DNA from: an uncultured Gammaproteobacteria bacterium
GTDB taxonomy: Bacteria; Pseudomonadota; Gammaproteobacteria; Natronospirales; JAJUFS01
Direction: 5' to 3'
Length of the DNA stretch: 64,000 nucleotides
Assembly: GCA_964599565.1 (NCBI GenBank)
Contig: CAZRFE010000002.1
Span: forward strand, 9,646-73,645
Shown: piece by piece, positions 7,963 through 20,003 of the stretch
How the letters are laid out: the number at the start of each line of letters is the position of its first letter
Numbering within the stretch: the first letter of the stretch is position 1
Program-made: the position numbers and the translations under genes
Notes under the pieces: generated by a model
Told to the model about the DNA's origin: nothing
Databases searched by the model: none
The model's input: only the letters and a program-made list of their open reading frames with translations

Positions 7963-10203
7963 TTACATATTCGCCGCGCGCTTGACGCGCACGCGCGGAT
8001 TGTCCGCGATCCAGCGTATGAAGTTCTCGTTCGACATTGGCTTGCTGATGAGATGGCCCTGCACTTCGTGACAGCCCTGCCGCGACAGGAAGAAGAGCTG
8101 CTCGAGCGTCTCGACGCCTTCCGCGATCACTTCGAGATTGAGCTTGTGTGCAAGCGCGATCACCGCGCTTGCAATCGCCGCGTCGTTCACATCCGTCGTG
8201 ACGTCGCGCACGAAGCTCTGGTCGATCTTGAGCTTGTGAATCGGGAAGCGCTTGAGATAGTTGAGCGATGAATAACCCACGCCGAAATCGTCGACCGAGA
8301 TCGTCACGCCGAGCGCGTTCAGCTTCTCAAGCGTCTTGACGGTCGATTCGATCTTGCTTGCGAGCGTGCCTTCGGTGATCTCGATGTTCAGCCGCCGCGG
8401 GTCGAGCCCCGTCTCATCGAGTATGCGCGCAATCTCGCCGACGAGGTCGCGCTTGGTGAACTGCTTCGATGAGAGATTCACCGCGACGCGCACCGGCGGC
8501 AGGCCGAGCGCATGCCAGCCGACGGCGTGACGGCATACCTCGCGCAGCACCCAGTCGCCGACATCGACAATCATGCCCGTTTCTTCCAGCAGCGGAATGA
8601 ACAGCTTCGGCTCGACGATGCCGTGCTCGGGATGCTGCCAGCGAAGCAGCGCTTCCACGCCGACGACCTCGGAGGTGTCGATCGACACCTGCGGCTGGTA
8701 ATACATGACGAATTCGCGGCGCTCCACCGCGCGCCGCAGCTGCTGCTCGAGTTCAAGACGCGCGGTGTCCTGCTCGCCCTCCACCTCGGAATAGAAGCGA
8801 TAGGTGTTCTTGCCGTCCTGCTTCGCGCGGTACATCGCGCCGTCCGCCTTGCGCAGCAGCGAATGCACGTCGCCGCCGTCCGCCGGATGGCGCGCAATGC
8901 CGATGGAACCGGTGACATACATTTCGCGGCCATCGACGAGAAACGGTGCGGCGAGATCGCGGATGATCTTGCGCGCCACCTTGCCGATGTCGCTCATGGA
9001 ATTCATGCCTTCGAGCACGATGGCGAACTCGTCGCCGCCGAGACGCGCGACGGTGTCGTGCTCGCGGACCGTCGCCTGCAGGCGCGCGGCGACTTCACCG
9101 AGGAAGCGGTCGCCGAAATGGTGGCCGACGGTGTCGTTGATCATCTTGAAGCCGTCAAGGTCGATGAACATGACGGCGACGGCGCGATCGTCGCGCTGCG
9201 CGCGCGCGAGCGCCTGCGCGACGCGGTCGAGCAGCAGCACGCGGTTCGGCAGGCCCGTCACGGCATCGTGGTGCGCCATGTATTCAAGCTTTTCCTGCGC
9301 GCGGATGCGCTCGGAGATGTCGACGCCCGTGGCGATGAAATGCGTGATGCGCCCGTGCGCGTCCTTCAGCGGCGTGATGGTCTTCTCTTCGTGGTAGACG
9401 CTGCCGTCCTTGCGCCGGTTGACGAGTTCGCAGCGGTAGACTTCGCCGTTCTGGATGGCGCGCCACATGGCATCGAACACGCCCGTATCCTGCTCGTCGG
9501 AACGCAGGATGTCGGGCGTCTTGCCGAAGACTTCTTCGCGCGTGAAACCGGTGATGGATTCGAAGGCGGGATTGACGTATTCGATCCTGCCTTCGCGATT
9601 GGTGACCATGACCGCATCGGCGGCGTGCGTCAGCGCGCTTGAAAGCTTCAGCATTTCCGCCTGCGCGCGCCGGCGCTTGTAGACTTCCGTCTTCAGGCGC
9701 TGGCGCTCCTCGCGCAGTTCGGCCTGCGCGGCCATGAGCTTGTCCTTCAGTGTCGCGGTCTGCTCCGTGAGCCAGTTCTCGCGCTGCTGCAGGTGGCCGA
9801 GCGCTTCATTGAAATGCTCGTAAAGCTCCGCGAACTCCGCGACTTCCGCAGCCGGCAGGCGCTGCGCGTAGTTGCGGCCTTCGCCGAGGTCGCGCAGCGA
9901 TGCGGCGAGCACGGTGAGCGGATCGCCAAGCTCGCTGCGGAAACGACGGGCAATGAGATGCGCCTGGATGCGCACGACGGCAACGATCAAGACTGCAACG
10001 GCGAGATAGCTCAGGAAACGCTGGTGATTGGGCGCGCCGTCGTCGAGCAGGACGTATTCAATCAGGCAGAACGCCGCGAACGCGGCGCCCAGGGCGGCCA
10101 GCGCAGTCAGCAACAGTGCCTTGTTGATACCGGCGGACGATGCCGCCTTCGACGTTCGCTCGCGCAAACCGTTGTCCCCCCGTGCCGACGATGCCGACGG
10201 CAC
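7963..10203 (-). CDS. Membrane sensor protein with HAMP-PAS-GGDEF-EAL domains (c-di-GMP cyclase/phosphodiesterase)
   Basis: It has N-terminal TM segments and a PAS domain (VMVTNREGRIEYVNPAFESITGF). The GGDEF motif is intact (RLGGDEFAIVL). EAL motifs are intact (VEALLRW, DDFGVGYSSLNYL, KIDQSF, EGVE, QGHLISKP). Confidence 0.9.
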   Translation of the reverse strand: MPSASSARGDNGLRERTSKAASSAGINKALLLTALAALGAAFAAFCLIEYVLLDDGAPNHQRFLSYLAVAVLIVAVVRIQAHLIARRFRSELGDPLTVLAASLRDLGEGRNYAQRLPAAEVAEFAELYEHFNEALGHLQQRENWLTEQTATLKDKLMAAQAELREERQRLKTEVYKRRRAQAEMLKLSSALTHAADAVMVTNREGRIEYVNPAFESITGFTREEVFGKTPDILRSDEQDTGVFDAMWRAIQNGEVYRCELVNRRKDGSVYHEEKTITPLKDAHGRITHFIATGVDISERIRAQEKLEYMAHHDAVTGLPNRVLLLDRVAQALARAQRDDRAVAVMFIDLDGFKMINDTVGHHFGDRFLGEVAARLQATVREHDTVARLGGDEFAIVLEGMNSMSDIGKVARKIIRDLAAPFLVDGREMYVTGSIGIARHPADGGDVHSLLRKADGAMYRAKQDGKNTYRFYSEVEGEQDTARLELEQQLRRAVERREFVMYYQPQVSIDTSEVVGVEALLRWQHPEHGIVEPKLFIPLLEETGMIVDVGDWVLREVCRHAVGWHALGLPPVRVAVNLSSKQFTKRDLVGEIARILDETGLDPRRLNIEITEGTLASKIESTVKTLEKLNALGVTISVDDFGVGYSSLNYLKRFPIHKLKIDQSFVRDVTTDVNDAAIASAVIALAHKLNLEVIAEGVETLEQLFFLSRQGCHEVQGHLISKPMSNENFIRWIADNPRVRVKRAANM

Positions 10204-10345
10204 TTCCCCGAGCCGTGAAGACCGGTTGAACCGTTGCGTCCAGCCTCACGCTTATACCAAACCGCATTGCAGGGAACCAGCGCGCGCATTCCTTTCCGCG
10301 CGCGCATCGCTACACTGGCCTGCCGTCTCGAGGAGAAAAGACACG

Positions 10346-10849
10346 ATGACAGCCATATCCGCGCCGAACCGCATGCAACGCCAGCTGGCCGGTCTCGACG
10401 CCGTTCCCGCATTCCTGCGCAAGCGGCTGCGGCAGTGGTTGATGCACCGCGCCGTACCGTTCACCGGCACGGCGGGCGTCGCGTTCGAGCGTCTCGATGC
10501 GGACGGCGTGACCCTGCAGCTCGCGAATCGCCGGCGCGTGCAGAACCATATTCACGGCATTCACGCCTGCGCCACCGCGCTGCTCGCCGAAACGGCGTCC
10601 GGCCTCGCGCTCGGCATGCACATTCCCGATGACCGCCTGCCGCTGCTGAAGTCCATGACCATCCGTTACACGCGGCGTGCGGAAGGCGGACTCACGGCAA
10701 GCGCAGCGCTGACCGCGGAACAGCGCGCCGCACTGCATGCATCGGAAAGGGGCGAGGTGAACATCGCGGTCAGCGTCCACGACGATTCGAATGAAACACC
10801 GGTGGAATGCGAAATGATCTGGGCGTGGCGGCCAAGGCAGCAAAACTGA
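10346..10849 (+). CDS. Hotdog-fold thioesterase-like protein (DUF4442/PaaI-like)
   Basis: The ATG at 10346 is preceded by AGGAG. NHIHGIHACATALLAETASG is typical of PaaI/DUF4442 hotdog proteins. The upstream part of the ORF-track entry overlaps the previous gene and is discarded. Confidence 0.65.
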   Translation: MTAISAPNRMQRQLAGLDAVPAFLRKRLRQWLMHRAVPFTGTAGVAFERLDADGVTLQLANRRRVQNHIHGIHACATALLAETASGLALGMHIPDDRLPLLKSMTIRYTRRAEGGLTASAALTAEQRAALHASERGEVNIAVSVHDDSNETPVECEMIWAWRPRQQN

Positions 10850-10852
10850 ATG

Positions 10853-10881
10853 AAAAAACCCCGCGATGCGGGGTTTTTTTT
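10853..10881. terminator. Bidirectional rho-independent terminator
   Basis: The sequence is aaaaaaccccgc-gat-gcggggtttttttt. It lies between convergent genes. Confidence 0.75.
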
Positions 10882-10897
10882 CCTGGTCGTTTACGCG

Positions 10898-12823
10898 TCA
10901 GTCGCTTTCGCGCCGCGTCGATGCCTTGTACAGGAACACGCCGAGCGCCGCGACGACGAGCAGGCCCGGCAGTCCGCCGAACGGCGCGTCCGCAATCGCG
11001 ACGACATCGCGCTCGCCGGACAGCACGATCGGAATCGCCATGATGATGCCGAGCAGTGCCTCGCCGGTGATGAGTCCCGCCGCGACGAGCGTGCCGTTGC
11101 GCAGATTCACCTTGCGATGACCTGCGTTGTCGTTGCGCACGTTCCAGCGCTCGACGATGTGCGCGAGGATGCCGCCGAGGAGAATCGGCGTCATCAGTTC
11201 AAGCGGCAGGTAGATGCCGATCGCCGCCGCCAGCACCGGCACGCGGAACGTCGCGCCGCGCTTCTCGAGCCACTGGTCGAAGAGGATCGTGATCACGCCG
11301 ATCACCGCACCCGTACCCACCATGCTCCACGGCAGGTCGCCGCCGAACACGCCGCGCGCGACGCTCGCCATCAGCGTCGCCTGCGGCGCGGTGAGCGAGT
11401 TCGGGTGTTCCGGCGTCGCGGGACCGAAGCCGTAGGCCTGCAGCAGCAGGTTCAGGATCGGCGTCATCACAAGTGCGGAGGCGAACGCGCCGACGGCGAG
11501 CATCGCCTGCTGTTTCCACGGCGTGGCGCCGACGAGATGGCCGGCCTTGAGATCCTGCAGGTTGTCGCCGCCCATTGCCGATGCCACACACACCACCGCA
11601 CCGATCATGATGGCCGCCGCTGCGCCGTTCGCCGCTTCCGGACCCATCATCGCGAGCAGCACGAGCGCGGAGAAAAGCAGCGTCGCGATCGTCATGCCGG
11701 ACGTCGGGTTGTTCGACGAACCGACAAGGCCCGCCATGTACGACGACACGGCCGCAAACAGGAAACCTGCGACGACCATGATCACCGCCATCGCGAGCGC
11801 AACGCCCGCGGACTCGACGATGTTGTGATACAGGAAGTAGATCGGCACGATCATGAGCACGCTGCCGATCGTGATCCATGACATCGGCAGGTCGCGCTCG
11901 GTTTCCGGCACGCCTTCCCAGCCGCCTTTCGCGCGGCTCGCCGCACGCGCGCTGCGGATGCCGGAGAGCAGCGAGTGGCGCATCGCGATCAGCGACCACA
12001 CGCCGCCGACGAGCATCGCGCCGACGCCGATGTAGCGAATCTTCGTGTTCCAGATTTCATAGCCGAGATCGAGCGCCGCGGGGTTCGATGCGACGAACGC
12101 CGCGATGTGCGGATCGAGCGAAGGATTGCCGGAGAAGAGCGGCACGAACACATACCACGCGAGCGCACTGCCGGAGAACACGACGATCGCGATGTTGAGC
12201 CCCACGATGTAGCCGACGGAGAGCAGCGCAGGCGAGACGTTCGTGCCTGCGTACCACACGCTGCGTCCGACGTATGCCGCCGCTTCCGCGGTGCCCGTCC
12301 AAAGATGCAGGCCGGTCTCGCAGAATTTCGCGAACGCACCGCCGAGTGCGGCGAACGCAAGGAACTTCACGCCGCCGCCCTTGCTGCCGGCCTTCAGCAC
12401 TTCGGCCGTCGCCATGCCTTCGGGGAACGGCAGTTTCTGCTCGAGGATCAGCGCACGGCGCACGGGCACGGAGAACAGCACGCCGAGCACGCCGCCGAGA
12501 CCTGCGATCGCCGTCACCCACCAGTAGTCGAAGTGATCCCAGAAGCCGATGAGATACAGCGCAGGCACGGTGAAGATGACGCCTGCCGCGACCGCTTCGC
12601 CCGCGGACGCCGTCGTCTGCACGATGTTGTTTTCAAGAATGGTGTGCTTGCGGAAAAGCCGCAGCACACCCATGGAAATCACCGCCGCCGGAATGGACGC
12701 CGATACCGTCATGCCGGCGAACAGGCCGAGGTATGCGTTCGCACCCGCGAGCACGATCGCGAGCAGGATGCCCAGTATCACCGCCTTGACGGTGACCTGT
12801 GCCATGGATTCCTGGTTGTTCAT
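10898..12823 (-). CDS. OPT-family oligopeptide transporter
   Basis: 641-aa polytopic membrane protein. The N-terminus ILGILLAIVLAGANAYLGLFAGMTVSASIPAAVISMG and length are characteristic of bacterial OPT transporters. Confidence 0.9.
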   Translation of the reverse strand: MNNQESMAQVTVKAVILGILLAIVLAGANAYLGLFAGMTVSASIPAAVISMGVLRLFRKHTILENNIVQTTASAGEAVAAGVIFTVPALYLIGFWDHFDYWWVTAIAGLGGVLGVLFSVPVRRALILEQKLPFPEGMATAEVLKAGSKGGGVKFLAFAALGGAFAKFCETGLHLWTGTAEAAAYVGRSVWYAGTNVSPALLSVGYIVGLNIAIVVFSGSALAWYVFVPLFSGNPSLDPHIAAFVASNPAALDLGYEIWNTKIRYIGVGAMLVGGVWSLIAMRHSLLSGIRSARAASRAKGGWEGVPETERDLPMSWITIGSVLMIVPIYFLYHNIVESAGVALAMAVIMVVAGFLFAAVSSYMAGLVGSSNNPTSGMTIATLLFSALVLLAMMGPEAANGAAAAIMIGAVVCVASAMGGDNLQDLKAGHLVGATPWKQQAMLAVGAFASALVMTPILNLLLQAYGFGPATPEHPNSLTAPQATLMASVARGVFGGDLPWSMVGTGAVIGVITILFDQWLEKRGATFRVPVLAAAIGIYLPLELMTPILLGGILAHIVERWNVRNDNAGHRKVNLRNGTLVAAGLITGEALLGIIMAIPIVLSGERDVVAIADAPFGGLPGLLVVAALGVFLYKASTRRESD

Positions 12824-12845
12824 GGATGTCCCCTTCGACCCCTTC

Positions 12846-12880
12846 GGAAAAAACGCCCCGCCGTTGTCGGCGAGGCGTTT
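12846..12880 (-). terminator. Rho-independent terminator downstream of the M2 peptidase gene
   Basis: The minus strand reads aaacgcctcgccgacaacggcggggcgttttttcc, a GC-rich hairpin followed by a T-run. Confidence 0.5.
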
Positions 12881-12905
12881 CGCTTTCGTTCTTGTCTTTA
12901 CGAGA

Positions 12906-14843
12906 TCACCAGCCGCACTGCTTGCCCTGGTTCTTCTCGTCCAGGTATTTCTTCAGCGGCGCAAAGTATTCCAGCAACGGCTCGCCGCTCATCTCGCGCG
13001 AACCGGTGAGTTCGGCGAGCGTGTCCTGCCACGGCTGGCTCGCGCCCTTTTCCATCATCGCGTGGAAACGCTTGCCGGCTTCCTCGCTGCCGAAGAACGA
13101 GCACTGGTTCAGCGGACCTTCGTGCCCGGCGGCATCGCACAGCGCCTTGTAGAACTGGAACTGCAGGATGCGCGCAAGGAAGTAGCGCGTGTACGGCGTG
13201 TTGCCGGGGATGTGATATTTCGCGCCCGGATCGAAATCCGCTTCCGAACGCGCAACGGGTGCTGCGACGCCCTGGTACTGCTCGCGCAGTTCCCACCAGG
13301 CGGCGTTGTAACGCTCCGGCGGCACTTCGCCGGCGAACACCTTCCAGCGCCACTGGTCGATGAGCTTGCCGAACGGCAGGAACGCGACCTTGTTCAGCGC
13401 CATCTTCATCTGGTTGTTGATGATCGCGCGCTCGTCCATGGATACGCCTTCGACGAGACCCTGCGATTCGAGGTATTTCGGCGTCATCGCAAGCTCGATG
13501 GTGTCGCCGATCGCCTCGTGGAAGCCATCATGCGCCGCGCCCTGGAAGATCGGCTCCTGCACGTTGTACGCGAGGTCGTAATAAAGGTGTCCAAGCTCGT
13601 GGTAGACCGTCGTCAGGTCTTCATGCACGGGCTCGATGCACATCTTGATGCGCACATCGCCTTCCATGTTCATGTCCCACGCGGAGGCGTGGCAGACGAC
13701 GTCGCGATCGCGCGGCTTGAGGAACATCGAGTTCTGCCAGAACGATTCCGGCAGCGAACCCATGCCCATGGACTTGTAGAAATTCTCGGCGGATTTCACC
13801 ATTTCGAGCGCGATGTATTCATCGGCCTGGCGCTGGATCTCGACCACATCCTGCGGATAGGTGTCGCCACCGCGCGCCTTCATCAGTTCGTCGGAACGGT
13901 CGTTGCGCGTCTTCTCGAGCGCCGCGGTGACGTTCAGATCGGAAACGCCGGGATACGGCTCGACGAGCGGATAGATGTTGCCCCACTCCTGCGCCCACAT
14001 GTTGCCGAGCAGGTGCGCGGGAATCGGTTCGCCCGCGGGTACCTTCTCTGCGCCGTATTCCTGCGCGAGCTCGTCGCGCACGTAGCAGTGCAGCGCGTCG
14101 TACAGCGGCTTCACTTCACCCCACAGGCGTTCGACTTCCGCGGCGAATTCATCCGCCGGCATGTCGTATCCCGAGCGCCACAGTGCGCCGGTGTCCTCGT
14201 AGCCAAGTTCCTTCGCGCCTTCGTTCGTGAGCTCGACGAAACGCTTGTACTTCTCCTGCATGGGCGAGGAGATGGTGCGCCAGCCGACCCAGGCCTCCAG
14301 CTTGTCCTCGTAGCTTGCCTTCGGATCGTCGATGACATTCTCGAGTTCGCCGAGGCTGTAGCAGGTGCCGCCCTCGTCCTCGGGGCAGTACTTGCCGGCG
14401 CCGTACATCGCTTCAAGCGATGCGGCGAGCTGCGCAAGTTCCGCGACCTTCTCGGGCGCGGACGGCGCGGGCATCGACGTGCCGGTCTGCAGCAGCTGGA
14501 TCGCACGCGCCGTCGGTGCGGAAAGCTCAAGCCCGCCGAAACGCTTCGAGGCTTCCACCGTCTTCGCCAGCCAGTTGAGATAGTCCTCGTTCGACTTCGC
14601 GCTGAGATACTGCGTGTCCGGCGTGATGTAGGTCGCGGCCACCCAGGCGGCCTTGCCGCTTTCGACCGTCATCGCGCGCAGGTCCTTGTTGACCTTGGCC
14701 ACGAAGGCGTCGGCTTCCGCAACCGTGGCCTGGCTTGCCGCCGCGGCTTCTTCACCGCCTGCGTTCGTGCCTGCATCCTGCCCGCAGGCAGCGAGCAGCA
14801 GCGTGACGGCGGCGAATCCCGTGATCCGTGAGAAATGTTTCAT
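12906..14843 (-). CDS. M2-family zinc metallopeptidase (peptidyl-dipeptidase A, ACE-like), lipoprotein
   Basis: The internal Met start gives MKHFSRITGFAAVTLLLAACGQ, a lipobox. It has an HEXXH site (VYHELGHLYYDLAY), and the length and overall sequence resemble bacterial ACE homologues. Confidence 0.85.
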   Translation of the reverse strand: MKHFSRITGFAAVTLLLAACGQDAGTNAGGEEAAAASQATVAEADAFVAKVNKDLRAMTVESGKAAWVAATYITPDTQYLSAKSNEDYLNWLAKTVEASKRFGGLELSAPTARAIQLLQTGTSMPAPSAPEKVAELAQLAASLEAMYGAGKYCPEDEGGTCYSLGELENVIDDPKASYEDKLEAWVGWRTISSPMQEKYKRFVELTNEGAKELGYEDTGALWRSGYDMPADEFAAEVERLWGEVKPLYDALHCYVRDELAQEYGAEKVPAGEPIPAHLLGNMWAQEWGNIYPLVEPYPGVSDLNVTAALEKTRNDRSDELMKARGGDTYPQDVVEIQRQADEYIALEMVKSAENFYKSMGMGSLPESFWQNSMFLKPRDRDVVCHASAWDMNMEGDVRIKMCIEPVHEDLTTVYHELGHLYYDLAYNVQEPIFQGAAHDGFHEAIGDTIELAMTPKYLESQGLVEGVSMDERAIINNQMKMALNKVAFLPFGKLIDQWRWKVFAGEVPPERYNAAWWELREQYQGVAAPVARSEADFDPGAKYHIPGNTPYTRYFLARILQFQFYKALCDAAGHEGPLNQCSFFGSEEAGKRFHAMMEKGASQPWQDTLAELTGSREMSGEPLLEYFAPLKKYLDEKNQGKQCGW

Positions 14844-14981
14844 GGCGATTTCCTGTTGTTGCAGTCGGGCCGGAAAAATGCGTTCGAGTGTATTCCGCGC
14901 CGCGTTGCGCGACAAATCAGGCATGCGGCGACGCAAAAGAAAAGGCCGCCCGGGGGCGGCCTTTCCGTAAGGCGTGACGGG

Positions 14982-16490
<1,509 letters not shown>

Positions 16491-16716
16491 TTCCCCTGAA
16501 AAATCAACGTATTTGGCTGTAACCGGTTAAATGCGACGCCCAAGGATTCCCGCTTCTATCGGCCGCGTCAACTTTGTAACGCTGCAACAATCCGTGAAAT
16601 GCCGTGGATTCTGGGCCCTGGCGCCACCTATTCGGGGGATCGAGTGCGTGAATCACCTTGCCGCAGTCGGGCCACCCCCTTATAACGGCTGCCTGTCGAA
16701 CGAACGGAGATATCCG

Positions 16717-19665
16717 ATGCGCACCTGGCTTTCCTTGCTCGTCATCGCCGTCGCCGCGGCCGGCTGCAGCCGCCCCGACGCGCCCGAAAAGGCACCGGAT
16801 ACGGCGGCGCTCCAGCGCGGAAACGGCATCTTCAGCCAGCCTTACCTGGAAACGACGCTCGAGAACGGGCTGAAGGTGATCATCGTGCCGACGGACTACC
16901 CCGATGTCGTCACGCTGCAGATTCCCGTGCAGACCGGCTCGCGCAACGAAGTGGAACCCGGCAAGTCAGGTTTCGCGCATTTCTTCGAGCACATGATGTT
17001 CCGCGGCACGGAACAGTATCCGGCCGAGGTATACCGCGAGATTCTCAAGAACGCCGGTGCCGACCAGAACGCCTACACCTCCGACGACCTCACGAACTAC
17101 CACGTGACGTTCACGAAGGCCGATCTTGAAACCGTCATCAGGCTCGAAGCCGACCGCTTCCGGAATCTTGAATACACGGAAGACCAGTTCCGCACCGAAG
17201 CGCTCGCAGTGAAGGGCGAGTACCTGAAGAACGCCGCGAACCCCGTCTCGAAGATCTTCGAGCGCATCCGCGATCTCGCCTTCGAGACGCATCCCTACGA
17301 GCACACGACGATCGGCTTCTTCGAGGACATCGAGAACATGCCCGAGCAGTTCGCGTACTCGCACGAATTCTTCGACCGCTGGTACACGCCGAAGCAGACG
17401 ACGGTGATCCTCTCCGGCGACCTCGACCCCGCGCGCACGCTTGCACTCGTCGAACAATATTGGGGCGGCTGGCAGACCGGCGAAGACAAGGCCATCGACA
17501 TTCCGCAGGAAGGCGCGCCGGCAGGACCGCAGTACGAACACATCCAGTGGGAATCGCCGACGCAGCCCTGGGTGGTGGTGGCGTTCCGCGGCCCGGCGTT
17601 CGACGCCGCGGCGAAGGACATGCCGGCGATGGATCTCATCGGCGCGCTGTATTTCTCGGATACATCTGATCTCTACCGCGAACTCGTGATCGAGAAACAG
17701 CTCGCGGACAATCTCTCGACGTATTTTCCGAACCGCAAGGATCCGAACCTGCTGATGGTTCTCGCGCGGCTGAACACGCCGGATGCAGCGCGCGAAGTCA
17801 GCGGACGCATTCTTGAAACGCTCGCGCGCGCACGCTCCGAGCTCGTCGATGCACAGAAGCTCGCGGACACGAAGTCCAACCTGAAGTACGCGTTCGCCGC
17901 GGCACTCGACAACTCCGAGGCGATCGGTGCAACGCTCGCGGGATTCGCGCATTTCGAGCGCAACCCGGTCGAGACGGTCAACACGCTCTACGGCACGTAC
18001 GACGCACTGACCGCGAAGGACCTGCGCGACTGCGCGAACCGCTATTTCGTCGATGCGAGCCGCACGATCATCACGCTGTCGAACACCGCATCGCTCGGCA
18101 TGAACGATCTGCCGTCGCTTGACGGGATGGTCGCGCAGCGAAGCGAAGCCGCGAACGCCCCATCCGCGGCAGGCGATGCGTGGAGCGATGCCGCGAACCG
18201 CGCGGCGATTGCAGAACGGAGAAATCCCGCGCCTGCGGATATCCAGACCGTCGAGCTGCAGGGCAACGCGGATCTCGTCGACGTCAACATCCTGTTCAAG
18301 GTGGGCGCTGCGCAGGACCCGGCCGGAAAGAAAGGTCTCGCCGCGCTGACAGCGATGATGGTTTCGCAGGGCGGCACGAAGTTCCATGACATCAACGCGG
18401 TGAATCGCGCGCTGTATCCGCTGGCGGCGGGTTTCATGCCGCAGGTCGACAAGGAGATGACCTCGTTCCGCGGTACCGCCCATCGCGACAACCTCGATGC
18501 GTATTACGCGGTGATCTCCGAGCAGCTGCTGAATCCCGGCTGGCGCGAGGAAGACTTCCAGCGCATCCGCACGCAGATGCAAAACGGCATCCGCACGAAC
18601 CTGCGCGGCAACAACGACGAGGAATTCGCGAAGGAAGCGCTGTATGAAACCATCTACGGCGATGCGCACCCGTACGGCAGCTACAACGGCGGTCATGCGG
18701 CCGACCTCGCAGCGCTCACGCTCGATGACGTGAAGCTTTTCTACGCGAAGCACTACACGCCGGCGAATCTCGTGCTCGGACTCGCCGGCGGATACACGGA
18801 CGAATTCCGCGAACGCATGATCGACGATCTCGCCGCGCTGCCGCAGGGCGGTGAAGCGGAGCTTGCGCTTCCGGCACCATCGGCGATCGACGGCAACCGC
18901 GCGCTCATCATCGAGAAGGACACGCAGGCTGTTGCAGTGTCGTTCGGTTTCCCGATCGACGTCGTGCGCGGTGACGGCGACTGGGTTGCGCTGTGGCTTG
19001 CGCGGAGCTGGCTCGGCGAGCATCGCTCCTCGAACAGCCATCTCTACCAGCGCATCCGCGAACTGCGCGGCATGAACTACGGTGATTACGCATACATCGA
19101 GTACTTCCCGCGCGGCATGTACCAGTTCCAGCCTGATGCGAATCTCGGCCGCCACCAGCAGATCTTCCAGGTCTGGCTGCGCCCGCTGCGCTCGAACAAC
19201 GACGCGCACTTTGCAACGCGCGTCGCGATCCACGAAATCGGCAAGCTGATCGAGAACGGCATGACGAACGAGGAATTCGAAGCGACGCGCAATTTCCTCG
19301 ACAAGTACGTGGCGCAGCTTGTCAGCACGCAGGGCCGCCAGCTCGCTTATGCAATGGATTCGCGTTACTACGGCATCGATGCGTTCACCGATTACGTGCG
19401 CAACGGTCTCGCGGAACTGACGCCGGAGAATGTCAACGCCGCGATACGCCGTCACCTGCGGACGGACAACATGCAGTTCGTCTACGTGACACGGGACGGC
19501 GGAGACCTGCGTGAAAGGCTCGCGGGCAACGTGCCGTCACCGATGCAGTACGGCGCCGACATGCCGGCTGCGGTGCTCGCGGAAGACCGCGTCATCGAGA
19601 CGCTGGATGTCGGCATCGACGAGAAGGACATTCGCACCGTTCCCGCGGAACGCCTGTTCGAATGA
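16717..19665 (+). CDS. M16 (pitrilysin) family zinc peptidase, tandem M16 units, lipoprotein
   Basis: The internal ATG at 16717 gives MRTWLSLLVIAVAAAGCS, a lipobox. It has the inverted zinc motif HFFEHMMFRGT (HxxEH) and a second inactive-type M16 half. Confidence 0.85.
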   Translation: MRTWLSLLVIAVAAAGCSRPDAPEKAPDTAALQRGNGIFSQPYLETTLENGLKVIIVPTDYPDVVTLQIPVQTGSRNEVEPGKSGFAHFFEHMMFRGTEQYPAEVYREILKNAGADQNAYTSDDLTNYHVTFTKADLETVIRLEADRFRNLEYTEDQFRTEALAVKGEYLKNAANPVSKIFERIRDLAFETHPYEHTTIGFFEDIENMPEQFAYSHEFFDRWYTPKQTTVILSGDLDPARTLALVEQYWGGWQTGEDKAIDIPQEGAPAGPQYEHIQWESPTQPWVVVAFRGPAFDAAAKDMPAMDLIGALYFSDTSDLYRELVIEKQLADNLSTYFPNRKDPNLLMVLARLNTPDAAREVSGRILETLARARSELVDAQKLADTKSNLKYAFAAALDNSEAIGATLAGFAHFERNPVETVNTLYGTYDALTAKDLRDCANRYFVDASRTIITLSNTASLGMNDLPSLDGMVAQRSEAANAPSAAGDAWSDAANRAAIAERRNPAPADIQTVELQGNADLVDVNILFKVGAAQDPAGKKGLAALTAMMVSQGGTKFHDINAVNRALYPLAAGFMPQVDKEMTSFRGTAHRDNLDAYYAVISEQLLNPGWREEDFQRIRTQMQNGIRTNLRGNNDEEFAKEALYETIYGDAHPYGSYNGGHAADLAALTLDDVKLFYAKHYTPANLVLGLAGGYTDEFRERMIDDLAALPQGGEAELALPAPSAIDGNRALIIEKDTQAVAVSFGFPIDVVRGDGDWVALWLARSWLGEHRSSNSHLYQRIRELRGMNYGDYAYIEYFPRGMYQFQPDANLGRHQQIFQVWLRPLRSNNDAHFATRVAIHEIGKLIENGMTNEEFEATRNFLDKYVAQLVSTQGRQLAYAMDSRYYGIDAFTDYVRNGLAELTPENVNAAIRRHLRTDNMQFVYVTRDGGDLRERLAGNVPSPMQYGADMPAAVLAEDRVIETLDVGIDEKDIRTVPAERLFE

Positions 19666-19681
19666 CATGACCACGCTCACG

Positions 19682-19709
19682 AAAAAGCCCCGCATGCGGG
19701 GCTTTTTTT
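19682..19709. terminator. Bidirectional rho-independent terminator
   Basis: The sequence is aaaaagcccc-gcatgc-ggggcttttttt. Confidence 0.75.
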
Positions 19710-19846
19710 CATTGCTGCGTTCGCTGTTCGTGTGGCGATGGATGCTCGGCGCCATCTGATGCGGCTTCCGCCGCTTCCACGACCACCAGCGCGATCACGA
19801 GCAGGAAAAAGGCCGCGAAACAGTACTGCTTTACCACACTTCTCAT
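19709..19846 (-). CDS. Possible small single-pass membrane protein (45 aa)
   Basis: MRSVVKQYCFAAFFLLVIALVVVEAAEAASDGAEHPSPHEQRTQQ. The start is preceded by AAAGGGGG. It ends at the bidirectional terminator. No recognisable family. Confidence 0.3.
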   Translation of the reverse strand: MRSVVKQYCFAAFFLLVIALVVVEAAEAASDGAEHPSPHEQRTQQ

Positions 19847-20003
19847 CAAAGCCCCCTTTTTATCGCCATGTCCTGTCTTTGTATTTCGCCCGATCATAGA
19901 AACCGGAGGCGCAGGAGGTAAAGCGGGTTTTCACGATTTCCGCGTAAGAATTTTCCTACACACGCAGGCGGAACCGCGCAGACCTCCTTTTGCGTCGCGG
20001 AGG

